A DNA stretch of 64,000 nt from Octopus vulgaris (lineage: Eukaryota). The notes beneath the pieces were generated by a model, which saw nothing but the letters and a program-made list of their open reading frames with translations, made no database searches and was not told the origin of the DNA. Location: positions 2,542,001 through 2,606,000 of the forward strand of contig OX597834.1 in the NCBI GenBank assembly GCA_951406725.2, in the 5' to 3' direction. This document shows positions 23,938-39,870 of this stretch, piece after piece. Each line of letters starts with the position of its first letter. Position 1 is the stretch's first letter. A program made the translations under genes and the position numbers.

Positions 23938-24434
23938 GTATATCTAATCTCTGATTTGGGATGCGGAATGGAGATGGAGCCGGTGAGGGCCCATTCTATC
24001 AGGTGCCTATCCATGATTGCAGCACATAGAGCATTGTTGTATTGTGCCCTTATACTTCATACCACCCTTGGGTATACACCCTGTTGCTGCCGTTATCCTT
24101 TCCTCTTTCTTGGGCCTTCCGCCCACCCCAGAAGGAGAAGGGCTTCATGAGATATAATGACAGCCTAAAGGCAGTTTTAAAGACATTAAAATAATGAGAG
24201 ACAACAAAGACACAAAATGATTTGACCTGTGTGTTGGTGACGTCTATATGATGGGCTTCCATACAGTTTCCGTGTCCCCAAATATGACTCGAAGCTAAAG
24301 TAAAGTTATTTGCCTCAAATGGCATGCAGTAGGATCGAATCCAGGACCTCGTGATTGGAGAGCGAAACCCTTAACCACTTGGCCATGCATACTAAGATAT
24401 ACTACTACTACTACTACTACTTATAAATTTGTTT

Positions 24435-24785
24435 CATTCATTAGACTGCGGCCATGCTGGGGCACCACCGTGAAGAAATTTTTGTCGAATGAATCAAGCT
24501 TCATACTTATTATTTTTCTTAAACTTGATACTGTCGGTCTCTTTTGCCGAACCACTAGGTTATGGGATGTAAACTAACCAACACCGGGTGTCAAGTGATG
24601 GTATGGGACAAACACAGACACAAAGATATACACACACACACATATGTAGAATGGGCTTCTTTCAGTTTCCGTCTACCAAACCCAGTCGCAAGGCTTTGGT
24701 CGTCCCGAGGCTATAGTAGTAGGCACTTGTCCCGGGTGTCATGCAATGGAACTGAACCTGGGACCATGCTGTTAGGAAGCAAACG
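24435..24785 (-). mobile_element. Family A SINE
   Basis: Reverse complement of the family consensus. Confidence 0.8.
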
Positions 24786-24804
24786 CTGCGATATATATGT
24801 GTAT

Positions 24805-24856
<52 letters not shown>

Positions 24857-25061
24857 GTGCGCGTGTGTGTGTAATAAGTAAGTATATTGGTGGAATAGCG
24901 GGATCGTCAGAGCGTCGGTGAAAATGCTTTGCGATATTTCTTCCACCTCTTTACGTTCTGAGTTCAAATCCCGCTGGGGTCAACTGTCTCTCATCCTTAT
25001 GTGGTTGATAAAAATAAATTTCCAGTCAAGGACTGGGGTCGATGGCAATGACTAAACTCTT

Positions 25062-25093
<32 letters not shown>

Positions 25094-25094
25094 A

Positions 25095-25163
<69 letters not shown>

Positions 25164-25353
25164 GAGAGAGAGAGAATTTCTGTTGTTTGGGGATTATAAA
25201 TCTTCCCTTCTGAGTCTCTGGTCGTTTATTTTCCATAAGAACGAGCTTCTCTGCTGTGAACTTACCATTCACCTTTTCACTCGGTGATGGCTATTTAAAT
25301 ATTCCCCACTCTCGTAAAATTTACACACACACACACACACACATACACACACA

Positions 25354-25568
25354 CGAAGGGGTGCTGAAAAATTCCTGGCTTTAAGGATGTCACAAAAGGC
25401 CTGGCTGGAGGCCCAACATCCCAAGTTCTTTTACAGGGTTTAGAAAAACTGAAGGACCACTGCAATGTGTGAATCTGAGAGAGGAATATGTTGAATAAAT
25501 CATAATTAACACATCCTTCTCCTGTATTTTCTTTTACCCAAAGCCAGGAACTTTTCAGCACCCGCTTG
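25354..25568. mobile_element. Mariner-derived MITE
   Basis: TIRs CGAAGGGGTGCTGAAAAATTCCTGGCTTT / AAAGCCAGGAACTTTTCAGCACCCGCTTG followed by TA; second copy in the opposite orientation at 33562-33776. Confidence 0.8.
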
Positions 25569-25569
25569 T

Positions 25570-25609
<40 letters not shown>

Positions 25610-25935
25610 TTACTATATAGACAGACAGACAGATAGATATACAATAGCTGCATACGGACAGATATTGATTATTGAAGAAAAATGTTGTCGCATATTTAAA
25701 TATAGTTACTGATATTGATTTCTGATTAATATAAGTTACCAATACTTTTACCAGTGACTTTTATCTAGGGGTGTGCGCGGGTGGGAGATCTTTGCTTCTT
25801 TCTTTTGTTCTCGTCTTGAGACAAAAAAGGAAAAAGAAATGACAGCTAAGAGGCACAGTGGTGTAATTCTCAAACTGCAATCTTACATTGCATTTTATCT
25901 CTCTCTTCTCTCTGTATATGTGTATATATGCATTG

Positions 25936-25972
<37 letters not shown>

Positions 25973-26014
25973 GTACATATGAATATATATACAGTATATA
26001 CAAGCATAGACACA

Positions 26015-26070
<56 letters not shown>

Positions 26071-26112
26071 CATGCAGCCATGCTGGGGCACCGCCTTGTG
26101 AAATTTTAGTCG

Positions 26113-26355
26113 ATGCACCATTTGAGAGTGGCCGTTGCCAGTACCACCTAACTGGCCCCCGTGCCGGTGGGTGGCATGTAAAAGCACCCACTACACTCAC
26201 GGAGTGGTTAGTGTTAGGAAGGGCATCCAGCTGTAGAAATTCTGCCAGATCAAACTCTGCCTGGTGCAGCCATCTGGTTCGCCAGCCCTCAGTCCAATCG
26301 TCCAACCTATGCTAGCATGGAAAGCGGACGTTAAACGATGATGATGATGATGATG
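26113..26355 (+). mobile_element. SINE with RTE-like 3' end and (GAT)n tail, nested in a family A SINE
   Basis: AGGAAGGGCATCCAGCTGTAGAAA core, ends GGACGTTAAAC(GAT)n; flanked by direct repeat TAGTCG at 26107-26112 and 26356-26361. Confidence 0.75.
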
Positions 26356-28941
26356 TAGTCGTACCAATTTTTTTAAAGCCTGGTACTTATTCTATTGGAA
26401 TATTTTGCGGGATGTAAACACACAAATGGGATGTAAACACACCAACACTGGTTGCCAAGACACAAAGACACACACACGCACACGTCCTGTTGGATCACCT
26501 TTGTGGCTTCATTATATGTTTTATGGCTGTTTTGTAAGGACGATGTCGGTTCGTTTTGGAAGTGTCTTCAGGAAATCAAGTGACACCACAAGAGTTCGAA
26601 TCTCAATCGTTCCCATCGACAGTCATTTTGGGGCAACGATAAACAGCAGCCGTTGATTCTGTTTAGTTGTGAACTGGTTTTAGAGTTTGTGTGGCTTTCA
26701 TTCCACTCATTCATTAAATAAATCGTATAGAAATGATTAAAGGAATCCCACGGGGTTTTTGGTAGCAGAATAAATCTTTATTCGAGCGCAAAACTAAAGT
26801 GAGAAGAACTGGCGCCCTCCTAGATAGTCCACAGGTCTGATTATTCTGTTGATGTTCATGGTGGTACTACAGTTGGTGGGGTTATGTGGCTTATTACATA
26901 AGGGGAGTAGAATCTATGGTAGTGGTGGTGGTGGTGGTGGTGATGGATGATACAGAGAGAGAGAGGGGAGACTTTGCATCAGTGAACTAAAAGCCATAGT
27001 GTGTCAGTAGAGGAATATTTGACAATCTGTTGGATGGCTTTTTTTTTTTAATAATAGGCTGGAATGTCAGTGTCGGATGTTTTATTCAAGCACAACATGA
27101 CCATACTGGAGCACCGTCTTCATGGCTGTGTATCATCTTACTTGCTGGAAAAGTGCTTCAATATCGGTCTTGAACTTTTGAAACGTTCAGCCACCGGTCA
27201 AGATTGACCTGTTTGTCCGACACCAAAGAGAGATCTCGATCTCTTGTCACTTCCTTCCTCACCATTCAAACCACCGCCAAGGTTTTGCATTTCATCTTTT
27301 CAGGGTCGATAAAGTAAGTACCAGTTGAATAATGGGGGTCGATGTAATCGATTCCGACTCCCCTCAGACTTCAGGTTTTGTGCCTTTAGCTCAGCCCTAG
27401 ATCCCAATCATTAAGGAACAGTTTTGGCTACAAAATCCTATATCTTTTATCACTCCTCCAGGTGGCGCTGACAACGTCTCCTCTTCATATTTTCATTTAC
27501 TCTCTAGCAGTAAGAACGCCAAAACAAATGTTTGAGAACAATATATTTCATTCTTGAACGTTGTTGTTATTGTTATCATTTTGTACTGCAGACCAATCAA
27601 AAGCGTTCCATCTGTGATCACCTCGTCCTTTATTGACACAGTGTATCTAGGATTACATTACCCAATGTATATTTACTTTTAAAGACGACGCTGTCTGTGT
27701 TAGTGTGTGTGTGTGTGCTTTTGTGAACACATTTGTGTGTATGTGTAGGTTTGTACGCTTGTGTATGTATGTGTATGCATCTGCATGTGTGTGTGTGTGC
27801 ATGTGTATGTTTATGTATGTGTGCGTGTATAAGTGTGTGCATGCACATGTGTCAGTGTTGGCTGTAAAACAGACGCCAAATGTGGTAATCTGGAACATCT
27901 TTTGTGCCAACAGATGTTCAGTACAAACTAGCTGCTTGTCCATCTGTTGTGCCTCTCGCTATATATGGAATACAGAATGATTTAGTTGTTTGTATGTTGT
28001 GTATCTGTTGTGCCAACCAATGTACAATAGACAACAGTGTCGTTATTTGTAGATCTGTTGTGCCGCCAGATGTCCTATTGGGCATCTGGTGGCACAGTAT
28101 TATTTACATCAAGAGCAACATTATATTCATATTTTCTCTGCCAACACACGTTTTTGTCTTTAATTCGACATTTTCTAATCAACATTTTTTCTACATTTCC
28201 AGACAACATCTGAAGCCATCAACACATCAGAGGAAGAGACAAACAGACAGACACGAAGAACGAGAAGAAAAATATAATGAAAGGAGGATAATTATAACAA
28301 CGACAGCAACAACAACCACAATAACAATAGCAGCAAGAACAACAACACGTCTCATAACAAACCTGACACGAAATCGTGTTTGGGAAAGGGCAGTTTGCGC
28401 CTAAAAGGGAGTAGGAGTAAGAAGAAGAGGAGGCAGAAGAAGAAGAGTAGTAGGAGTTTATTTATTAGTCGAAAGAGAGATGGTTTTTCAATTAGATAAG
28501 AGTGAACAGCATTACTACATACATATTTATTATATACGATCTATAAAGCAGTGTACATAGATATTTATACATACAGTAATATAAAAAGTCTATATAAATA
28601 AACACATATATATATATATAGTATATATTTATAATATATATATATTATATATGTAGAAAGAAATTGTGTTATATTTGTGTTTGCGTTATTTCTGTCATTT
28701 CCTATCTCCGTGTGACTGTTTTGGTTGCACACCCAAGACTTTTTGCACCTTCCATCTGCAAATTATAAATATTATGATTGTTACGTAACTCTGAATTTCT
28801 TGAAACAGCTGTTGTGTATTTATTTGCATTCATCTTTGTGAATATATGTAGAGATATGTGTGTGTGTGTGTGTTGTATGTATGGATATACGAGTCAAGCC
28901 TGATTGTGTTTACTCACTTCATCCCTCCCCTCTCTCTACAG

Positions 28942-28989
<48 letters not shown>

Positions 28990-29264
28990 TAGTACCGAAG
29001 AGTGAGAATGAGTGTTCAACACCGCATTTGGTTGATAAGACAACCAATACTAAACCAAAATCTAGGGTCAATGCAAGGACGATAATAATTAAGAAAGTCT
29101 TACCTCCCCTTGTCTATGTACTATTTTGAAGTCTTCATAGTCTCGCGTAACCACATGTATTCTCATTCGAAAAGGGGACAGTTTCCAACATTCCGAAGTG
29201 GATCGCTTGAAAATTGTAGGGGTCTTTTCTCCATGATACCATTTGTTGCCTTCTTAATCCAGAA

Positions 29265-29670
29265 AAAAGTAGCTTGCTTACCAACCACATGGTTCCGGGT
29301 TCAGTCCCACTGTGTGGCACCTTTGGAAAGTGTTTTCTGCTATAGTCTCAGGCTGACCAAAGCCTTGTGAGTGGGTTTGGTTGATGGAAACTGACAGAAG
29401 CGCGTCGTATATATATAAATAAATAAATGAATATATATAAATAAATAAATGTGTGTGTGTATGTTTGTGTGTTTATCCCCACTAACATCGCTTGGTAGCC
29501 GGTGCTGGTGTGTTTACGTCCCTCAAACTTAGCAGTTTGGCAAAGGTAACCAATAGAATAAGTACTTGGCTTACAAAGTATAAGTCCTGGGGTGGATTTG
29601 CTTGACTAAAGGCGGTGCTCCAGCATGGCCAAGGCCAAATGACTGAAACAAGTAAACATATAAAAGAATA
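29265..29670 (+). mobile_element. Family A SINE
   Basis: Family head, internal AT-rich microsatellite and 3' end all present. Confidence 0.85.
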
Positions 29671-30188
29671 TATACGTGTGTGTGTGTGTGTGTGTATTGA
29701 TAAGTTTAGATAATGTTTCAAGGTGAAACACCTGTATTAAAAAAAAGACCAAGCATACCTTGTTTGTTCTCTCTATCTCTCTCCCCCACTCTCTCTTTCT
29801 CTCTGCGCGCACGTGAGTGTGACTGTATGGCAAAATGCTTTCTTCCCAGCCGCATGGTTCCAGGTTCAGTCCCATTGCATGGCACCTAGGGCCAGTGCCT
29901 TCTACTACAGCCGCGATCCGACTAAACCCTTCTGAATGGGTTTGGTTGACGGAAAGTAAGATAAAATGACCTTTTCAAGTTAGAGCAGAATATCTGATTC
30001 TCGTCCCCTACTCTGTTTTCTTACTCCCACTACTACTTCTTCCCTATCTCCCTCCCCGTTCCCGTCGCCCTAATGATTTTCATGTATAAACTACTAACTG
30101 GGGTCAGCAAATTATTCTTTGACTGAAGCTAACCCTGAATCATGAAGTGGCACATAAAGCTGATTCTTAAAAGGTTTAGTTCATGTAT

Positions 30189-30276
30189 ATTCACCTGAAG
30201 AAAACTGGGTTTTTTTGGCATGATGCAATAACATTATTCATTAAAAAAAAACTCGTTTGAAACAGCTGTAGTGAAT
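30189..30276 (+). ncRNA. Minimal type I hammerhead ribozyme motif
   Basis: ATTCAC-CTGAAGA-[AAAC...GTTT stem II]-GAAAC-AGCT-GTA-GTGAAT: 6-bp stem I, intact core, palindromic helix III, GUA site. Confidence 0.75.
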
Positions 30277-30336
30277 GAACTACTTTCCATCTGTTGTTCA
30301 TATATATATATAGGAAAAACACGAGAAGTGCATTCG

Positions 30337-30965
30337 GGGCTATATGGTAAGAAGTTTCTCTTCCAACCATAAGGATTCAGGTTCAGTCCCACTGCATGGC
30401 ACCTTGGCCAAATGTCTTCTACTTATAGCCCTGGGCCGACCAAAGCCTTGTGAGTTGATCCTGTACATGGAAAGTGAAAGGAACTCGTATATCCACGCCT
30501 TTGTGTTTTTATATTTGTGATATATTCCTAATCCACCACGGCTTGGCAACCGGTGCTGGCCGGTTTACATCTCAGTAGTTTTGCCGTTCGGCAAAAGAGA
30601 CCGATAGAATACGTGTCGGGCGGTGAGCTGGCAGAACCTTTAGCACGCCGGGCGAAATGCTTAGCGGTATTTCGTCTGCCGTTACGTTATGGGTTCAAAT
30701 TCCGCCGAGGTCGACTTTGCCTTTCATCCTTTCGGGGTCGATAAATTAAGTACCAGTTATGCACTGGGATCGATGTAATCGACTTAATCCATTTGTCTGT
30801 TCTTGTTTGTCCCCTTTATGTTTAGCCCCTTGCGGGTAATAAAGAAACAGATAGAATAAGTGTCAAGCTTAAAAAAATAAGTACTAGGGTTCATTTGTTC
30901 AAATAAAACCCTTCAAAGTGTTGCCCCAACATGGCCGTAGTCCCAATGACTGAAACAAGTAAAAG
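30337..30965 (+). mobile_element. Family A SINE interrupted by a young family B SINE (30612-30849)
   Basis: The inner element starts GGCGGTGAGCTGGCAG and ends AATAAAGAAACA; flanked by a 9-bp TSD GATAGAATA at 30603-30611 and 30850-30858. Confidence 0.88.
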
Positions 30966-31003
30966 ATTATCTATCTATTTATCTATCTATCTATATGTAT
31001 ATA

Positions 31004-31133
<130 letters not shown>

Positions 31134-31143
31134 TGCGTGTGTG

Positions 31144-31174
<31 letters not shown>

Positions 31175-31620
31175 GATATATGAGTATGTGCATGTGTGTG
31201 TGAGGGAGATCTTCATTCATTGTTAACAGAACAGGAAGTAAAAATGACCTTTTTTTTACAAGGTAAGGACTGAAATCAGATTCCAGAGAGGGAAAGAGAA
31301 AGACAAAGTGAGAGAGAGAGAGAGAGAGAATGGGAAAGCCTTTCTCCGGCGTAGTAGTTACATGATCACTGCCATCCCTCACACCTTCCTCTCTTTCTCC
31401 GAATGGCGGCAGCAGCATACATAGCAGCGCCCTCTTTATTAAAAACATAGATTCCCTTTCTTTTCAAGCCGAAATTAAATATATCTGGTGTCGCTAAAGT
31501 GGCTTAGAGATTTCCTCCCATGTTCCAAAGATGGCTAGTTTCTCTCTCTCCCCCTCTCTTTCTCTCTCTCTGTTCCTCTGTATTTGCTCTCTTTGAAATA
31601 TATGTATATATATATATATG

Positions 31621-31700
<80 letters not shown>

Positions 31701-31735
31701 TTATATATATATACATACATATATATATATATATA

Positions 31736-31796
<61 letters not shown>

Positions 31797-31851
31797 CATA
31801 TATACATATACATACATATATATATATATATATACATACATATATATATAC

Positions 31852-31898
<47 letters not shown>

Positions 31899-32130
31899 TA
31901 TACATATATGTATGTATGTATGTGAGTACAACATATATGAGTGTGTGCATGCGTGTATTGCACACACACACAGTCAGCCGTATATACGTAGATCACAATG
32001 GGACGATCAATCACAGCCCCCCTTCACCCTCTGCCTTCGCCTTCTCTCCTTTCTTTCTTCCCTTTCTCTGACTCACACTCGTTCACTCAAACCGCTTTAC
32101 CTATCTTAGCCATCTCCCTACCTCTCTGTC

Positions 32131-32171
<41 letters not shown>

Positions 32172-33561
32172 CTCTCTGTCTGTCTGTCTGTCTATCCATC
32201 TCTCTTTCTCTCTGTCTATCTGTGTGTGTGTGTGTGTGTGTGTGTGCCTGTCTATTAATATATCTGTAAGAGATGTTGACGGTGGTGGATGCCCCATAAA
32301 GAACAATCATCAACACATCACCACCACCACCACTTCCACCACCATCATCATTATCATCATCGTCATCATCAACACAAGTTTAATGACAACATCATCACCA
32401 CCACCACCACCACCACCACCACCACCACCACCACCACCATCACCACCACTACTGTCAACATCTTTGAACAGCAACTGACAATTTCTGCCATTTCTATCGA
32501 AGAATGCTCTGGGTAATCTCTTGGGGAAAAAGTGAAAGTATTTCCCACGATGGAATTGGTGACCAGGAGTGTGTAATCATGGAATGTAATAACGGCAGAA
32601 TAAAAGGTCGAATATCTTCCTTGGACTTACCACATTCAATAAAAGAATGAGTTTATTGTGCCAGTTCTCAAAATCTTTAGGCTGTATGTGCCCCATGCCA
32701 ACATTTGGGTCACTCGGTGAGTCGCCATTTAAGATTGGAGCTATTTGTGTTAAAACCCTTAACATTTTTGATCCATTCCAAAAATGCATCAGCAATGGTG
32801 TGGATCGAAAAGACGGAGGCAAGGATTTAATACGGGTTTCAAATTTAGGCACAAGGCCAGCAATTTCGGAGGAGGGGGGGATGAGTCGATTACTTCGACC
32901 CCAGTGCTCAACTTGTACTTATTTTATCGGCCCCAGAAGGATGAAAGGCAAAGTCAACGTCGGTGAAATTTGAACTCAGAACGTAAAGACTGACGAAATA
33001 CCGCTAAGCATTTTGTCCAGCTCGCCATCTTAGGTGGCAATTTACTATTGATCAAAACAGAGTTTGAATGTGGTAGCATATCTCTTTAACAACCCTTACC
33101 AATCAGAGTGAATCCTAGAGTTAAATCCTCTTAACATGAGGTGGATCACATAATGAGAGAGTGAATGGAGCTTCAGGGATGGTTTTTCTTGAGCGATAGA
33201 CCAGGGGTACACTCTCAGACAAGTTGCACAACTCTACCCCAACACGTCATCCTATGAACAGGTGCCTCATTATTAGCAGGAGCTCAGGCATGGTTAAGAT
33301 TGTTAGGAACACTCAGAATGACTGTGATAAGCCCCACCATTGTAGGACCATCGGAACAGTATTATAGAACAAGGGGCAATGCATTGAAGTCCTTTATTTT
33401 GCATTGACATCATGCCACAGTGTATTCAGATTAGCAATAACTCCCTAAATCCACGGAAGTACGCCAATAATAGCCCAGAGTCTCCCTGACTTAAGAATGG
33501 CACTGAATCGGCAACTAAATACCATGAAAATATGAAAAATACTCAAGACGTTTTGCATGCC

Positions 33562-33776
33562 TGAGGGAGTGATGAAAAGATCCAGGCTTTGGGTAAAAGA
33601 AAATACAAGAGGATCAGTTAATCGTGATTATATTCAAGATATTCCCCTCTCAGATTCACACACTTATTGCAGGGGTCCTTCAGTTTTTCTAAGCCCTATA
33701 AAAGAACTTGGAAGGTTGGGCCTTCAGCCAAGCTGTTTGCGAAACCCTTAAAACAAGGAACTTTTCAAAACCCCTA
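33562..33776. mobile_element. Mariner-derived MITE (same family as 25354)
   Basis: Reverse-complement similarity across its length; degraded TIRs. Confidence 0.75.
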
Positions 33777-33789
33777 ATACTTATACAGG

Positions 33790-34115
33790 CACATGAGTGG
33801 CTGTGTGGTAAATAGCTTGCTTACCAACCACATGGCTCTGGGTTCACCTTGGGCAGGTGTCTTCTGTTATAGCCTCGGGCTGACCAAAGCCTTGTGAGTG
33901 GATTTGGTAGACGGAAACTGAAAGAAGCCCGTCGTATATATGTATATATGTGTGTGTGCGTGTGTGTGTGTGTGTGCATGTATATGTATATGTTTGTGTG
34001 TCTGTGTTTCTTCCCCCATCATCGCTTGACAATCAATGTTGGTGTGTTTATGTCCCCGTAACTTAGCGGTTTGGCAAAAGAGACCAATAGAATAAGTACT
34101 AGGCTTACAAAGAAT
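33790..34115 (+). mobile_element. Family A SINE (3'-truncated)
   Basis: Family head and internal microsatellite. Confidence 0.85.
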
Positions 34116-34223
34116 ACACTATAACGAGAAATCTGCAAAAAAATCTGTATTTCAAATTTTTTATTGTACAGCCCCCCCCCCCCCAAAAAAAAACCCCAAA
34201 AGAAACAAAACAAATGACAAAAC

Positions 34224-34462
34224 GTACCTGTTTCTTTATTACCCACAAGGGACTAAACACAGAGGGGACAAACAAGGACAGACAAACGGATTAAGTCGAT
34301 TATATCGACCCCAGTGCGTCACTGGTACTTATTTAATCGACCCTGAAAGGATGAAAGGCAAAGTCGACCTCGACGGAATTTGAACTCAGAACGTAACGGC
34401 AGACGGAAATATGGCTACGCATTTCGCCCGGCGTGCTAACGTTTCTGCCAGCTCGCCGCCTT
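34224..34462 (-). mobile_element. Full-length family B SINE with TSD
   Basis: Close reverse complement of 30617-30849; flanks CAAATGACAAAAC (34211-34223) and CAAACGACAAAAC (34463-34475). Confidence 0.88.
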
Positions 34463-35414
34463 CAAACGACAAAACACAGCTTTACTCTCTCTCTCTCTCT
34501 CTCTCCCCCTCTCCCTCTGCACACGAAACCGAGTTGTGCTTTTGGTCCCCGTCTAAAATGTCGGCGCCAAAAATTACTAAAGGTAACACTTGATGCCATT
34601 TCAAAAATGTTTTGTAGCTTAGGTCTTTTACAACCCGGGACCTATATATCCAGTAATTTTAGCAGGTATGTAAAAGATATTGTTTTAATACTCTTTGACT
34701 TGTTTCACACAAACACTATCATAGTTTTTTGTCCAGACATCGTTACCAACAATATCTTATAATTTCAGCTTCGTTTATTATTCTTTTAAAACTTTGATTT
34801 TTCAGTCTAATGTAAACCACACCCTAGAAATCGTATTTCTGCAAAATGTCATCTTAAAATATGTGTAAAGAAAGGGGGCTGATGCAATTTCGCACCTCAC
34901 CTTCAAAAGTGCATTTTTTAAAAAAGATGTCTTCGGAAAGGTGCCTGTATATGTGTGTGTGTGTCTGTCTCTCTCTATCTATACATATAGATAGATAGAG
35001 AGATAAAGTAATAGCAGGTGAATGCAGAATAACGACAGAAGGATTAAAAAAGCGTAAAAATAATTGAAGATAAAATGAAACAAAAATGAAGCCAAAACAT
35101 TAAGAAATATTAAAAGTGAGTAGAAAAAAAACACTACGTAGTGTAGTCCTTCTACGCTAGGGAATCTGTAGAAAGTTGAATGTTTGCCGTTTGAAAAGGT
35201 ATTTCTATAAAACTTCTTTGAAAAAGAACCCCATTTTCCTAAAAGTTACGAGGGAAATGCTCGGACCTTGTGAATTTTCCGAAGTCCTCTCCGCACCCTC
35301 CCGTTGTTTTGCGCGCGTTTTTTTCTTCATATTCGTTTCCTAAACATTGTTTTACACCCATTCCAGTATATTTTTGGGATATTGGTTTTCGAGTCAAGAA
35401 GTAAACATTAACTA

Positions 35415-35525
<111 letters not shown>

Positions 35526-35614
35526 GGGGAGAATTAAAAAAAAACAAAAGACGAAGACAGGTGGTGTAGACAACAAACAGATGTATTAGTTTAACGCTCG
35601 AGAAGTGAAAAAGT

Positions 35615-35650
35615 CTTTAACGTTTCGAGCCTATGCTCTTCCACAGAAAG
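35615..35650 (-). ncRNA. Ultra-minimal hammerhead-like motif within a ~200-bp Penelope pLTR-like element (35525-35730)
   Basis: Minus strand reads CTTT-CTGTGGAA-GAGC-ATAG-GCTC-GAAACGTT-AAAG; the core deviates from CUGANGA. Confidence 0.45.
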
Positions 35651-35858
35651 GAACAAAGAAAGAAACAAGGAGAGAAAATAAAGAATATGTAATGGCTAGC
35701 GATCTATCATGGCGAATGCCGGACAGAGGGGCCACATATTGCACGTACGTATGTATATTTGAACGATACAGAACTTTTAATCAACAATGTCAGTGAAGTC
35801 TACTAAATTACACCAAGTAAATGGAGTTTCTGTATATATGCATGTATGTATGTATATT

Positions 35859-35927
<69 letters not shown>

Positions 35928-36647
35928 ACGTGTGTGTGTGTTTGTAAGTATGCATATATATATATGTGTATGTGTATATTTATGTATAATGTATGCATAA
36001 TTATATGAGTATGTACGTATGTATACGTGTGTGTAGTTATTTATATATGTATGTATAATGTATGCACATACTTACATGAGTATGTACGTATATATATGTT
36101 TAAGTATGTATACGTATGTGTAAATATTTATATATGTGTGTATAATGTATGTATATACATATATGTGTATGTACGTATGTGTAACTGTTTATATGTGTAT
36201 ATATCTATGATTATGCATGTATATTTGAACGATATAAAACCACTATTAACCAACAAGATGTCAAGACTATTTATTTACACCAAGTAAATGGAGTTTGGGT
36301 CACCAAAATACTGTGTCCTAGGTTACCATTGTTAAACATTCAATGAGATTTCGAAAGGACAAAAAACGAACATTGCTTTCAGCAAGATGTTTTCTCCAAA
36401 TTAATGGCGGCTGTCTTCAGTTCAGTTTTGAAAGAATTCACTGAAGCAGACGACAGGAAGGAAATGTTAAAAGAAAACATCTTTATTTAAACTTAATACA
36501 TTAATAAAGTGGGAGTGTATATAAGCCGTTTAAAGTACACTGTGCTACAAGATTCCCCCTCACTGGCCCACAAACACAGATGTTTGGGGTTGACTTGTCA
36601 ATAGAAATCGATATAAATACAGGATCCCTTCGTATATTCTTCTTCCT

Positions 36648-38228
<1,581 letters not shown>

Positions 38229-38344
38229 CGTTAGTTTGAACGTCTGTCTTTCTCCCATTCTTCTTCCTCTCTTTCTCTCTCTCTGTCTGCCTCTCTCTCT
38301 CTCTCTCCATCCATCCATCTGCCAATCAATTTCTGCGTGTGTAT

Positions 38345-38555
38345 CTCTTTTACTCTTTTACACGTTTCAGTCATTTGACTGCGGCCATGCTGGAGCACCG
38401 CCTTTAGTCGAAGAAATGGACCCCAGGACTTATTCTTTGTAAGGCTAGTACTTATTCTATCAGTTTTATTTTTGCCGAACCGTTAAGTTTCGGGAACATA
38501 AACACACCAACATCGGTTATCAAGTAATGGTGGGGGGACAAACACAGACACAAAG

Positions 38556-38618
<63 letters not shown>

Positions 38619-38770
38619 CGACGGGCTTCTTCCAGTTTCCGTCTACCAAATCCTCTCAGAAAGCCTTGATCGGCCCAGAGCTGTAGTAGAAGACACTTGT
38701 CCAAGGTGCCACGAAGTGGGACTGAACCCGGAACGATGTGGCCGGGAAGCAGGCTTCTTAACACAGCCAT
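38345..38770 (-). mobile_element. Family A SINE
   Basis: Reverse complement of the family consensus, near full length. Confidence 0.85.
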
Positions 38771-39225
38771 TTATGTATTTGAAAGTCTCTGAAAATTACT
38801 TAACACAGATTTGAAGTGTAAAGGAGATTTTTAAAATAAAAGAATATTTAAAAAATGTTATGACATCTTTTATCAGGATGACACGAACCATTTTTGGGAA
38901 AGGTTTTTTTTCTCGTGTCTCAACGCTTTCAATTAAACATAAAGTTTATGCGTTTCGTTTTATCATACACGCACGCACGCACACACACACTCATGTATAT
39001 ACATATTGATAGATAGATATACATATAAACCCTAACCCCTACACCCATACATACATATATGCATGCATACATACATACATGCATACATACATACATGCAT
39101 GCCTACATGCATACATACAAACATACATACATACATACATGCATGTATGCATGCATGCATACATGCATACATTCATACATACATACATACATATATATAC
39201 ATACATACATACATACATACATACA

Positions 39226-39258
<33 letters not shown>

Positions 39259-39265
39259 GTATATA

Positions 39266-39870
39266 CGAGGAGGTATCCAAAAGTCATCAGAAACGTCCTC
39301 TATCGGAGAAGCCCGTTATAGTTCAGGCTTTCGCCTCTAGGAGTCACTTGATGCGACCCTCAGTCTGCCGCGCGGCGTCGTCGACTGGTGTCGTACTGCG
39401 ACGTGGTGCGTCTTTGTTTTGCAATGTATCTCTCCTGTTCGTCGATTTTTGCGATTGCTGAAACGAAGGAACAGCTTTCCATGCTGGGAAAACGGCAGCC
39501 GAAACAGTTGCCATGCTTCAGACAGCTTACAAGAACGCTGCCATGTGCAAAACACAAGTTTACGAGTGATTTCCATGATTTAGGAATGGTCCCTTTTCGC
39601 TTGAAGACTATCCTCGTTCAGGGCGACCGTCGACCTCCCGAAAGAGTAAAAACATCATGAAAATTCATGAATTGATCTTGGAGGACCATCACCGAACAAT
39701 TGACGGACTTGTTGATATCACTGCTGTGTCCTGGAGCCCCTACCAACGAATTTTCAGCGAGGAATTATGAATGAAAAGAGTCTCAGCAAAACTTGTGCTT
39801 CGTTTGCTCACCGAAGATCAAAAGCAGTCACGGCTGAATGCGTGTCGTGAACTGAAAAAACAGTTTTCAG
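39266..39870 (+). mobile_element. Mariner transposon, 5' half, pseudogenised
   Basis: Starts TA-CGAGGAGGTATCCAAAAGT; translates as GKTAAETVAMLQTAYKNAAMCKTQVYE*F..LEDYPRSGRPSTS..MKRVSAKLVLRLLTEDQK (mariner HTH and WVPR-like linker) with stops. Confidence 0.85.

Noticed and set aside
27894-28064. CRISPR-like spacing of a 12-bp repeat
   Set aside because: The repeat is too short, spacing is irregular, no cas genes are present and the context is eukaryotic.
28725-28820. GAAACAGCTGTT-GTGT resembling the right half of a minimal hammerhead
   Set aside because: No recognisable CUGANGA or stem II upstream; at most a heavily decayed relic.
34577-34857. Possible Kolobok-like MITE (TAAAGGTAACA...TGTCATCTTAA)
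   Set aside because: Terminal match is too weak and the TTAA TSD is imperfect.
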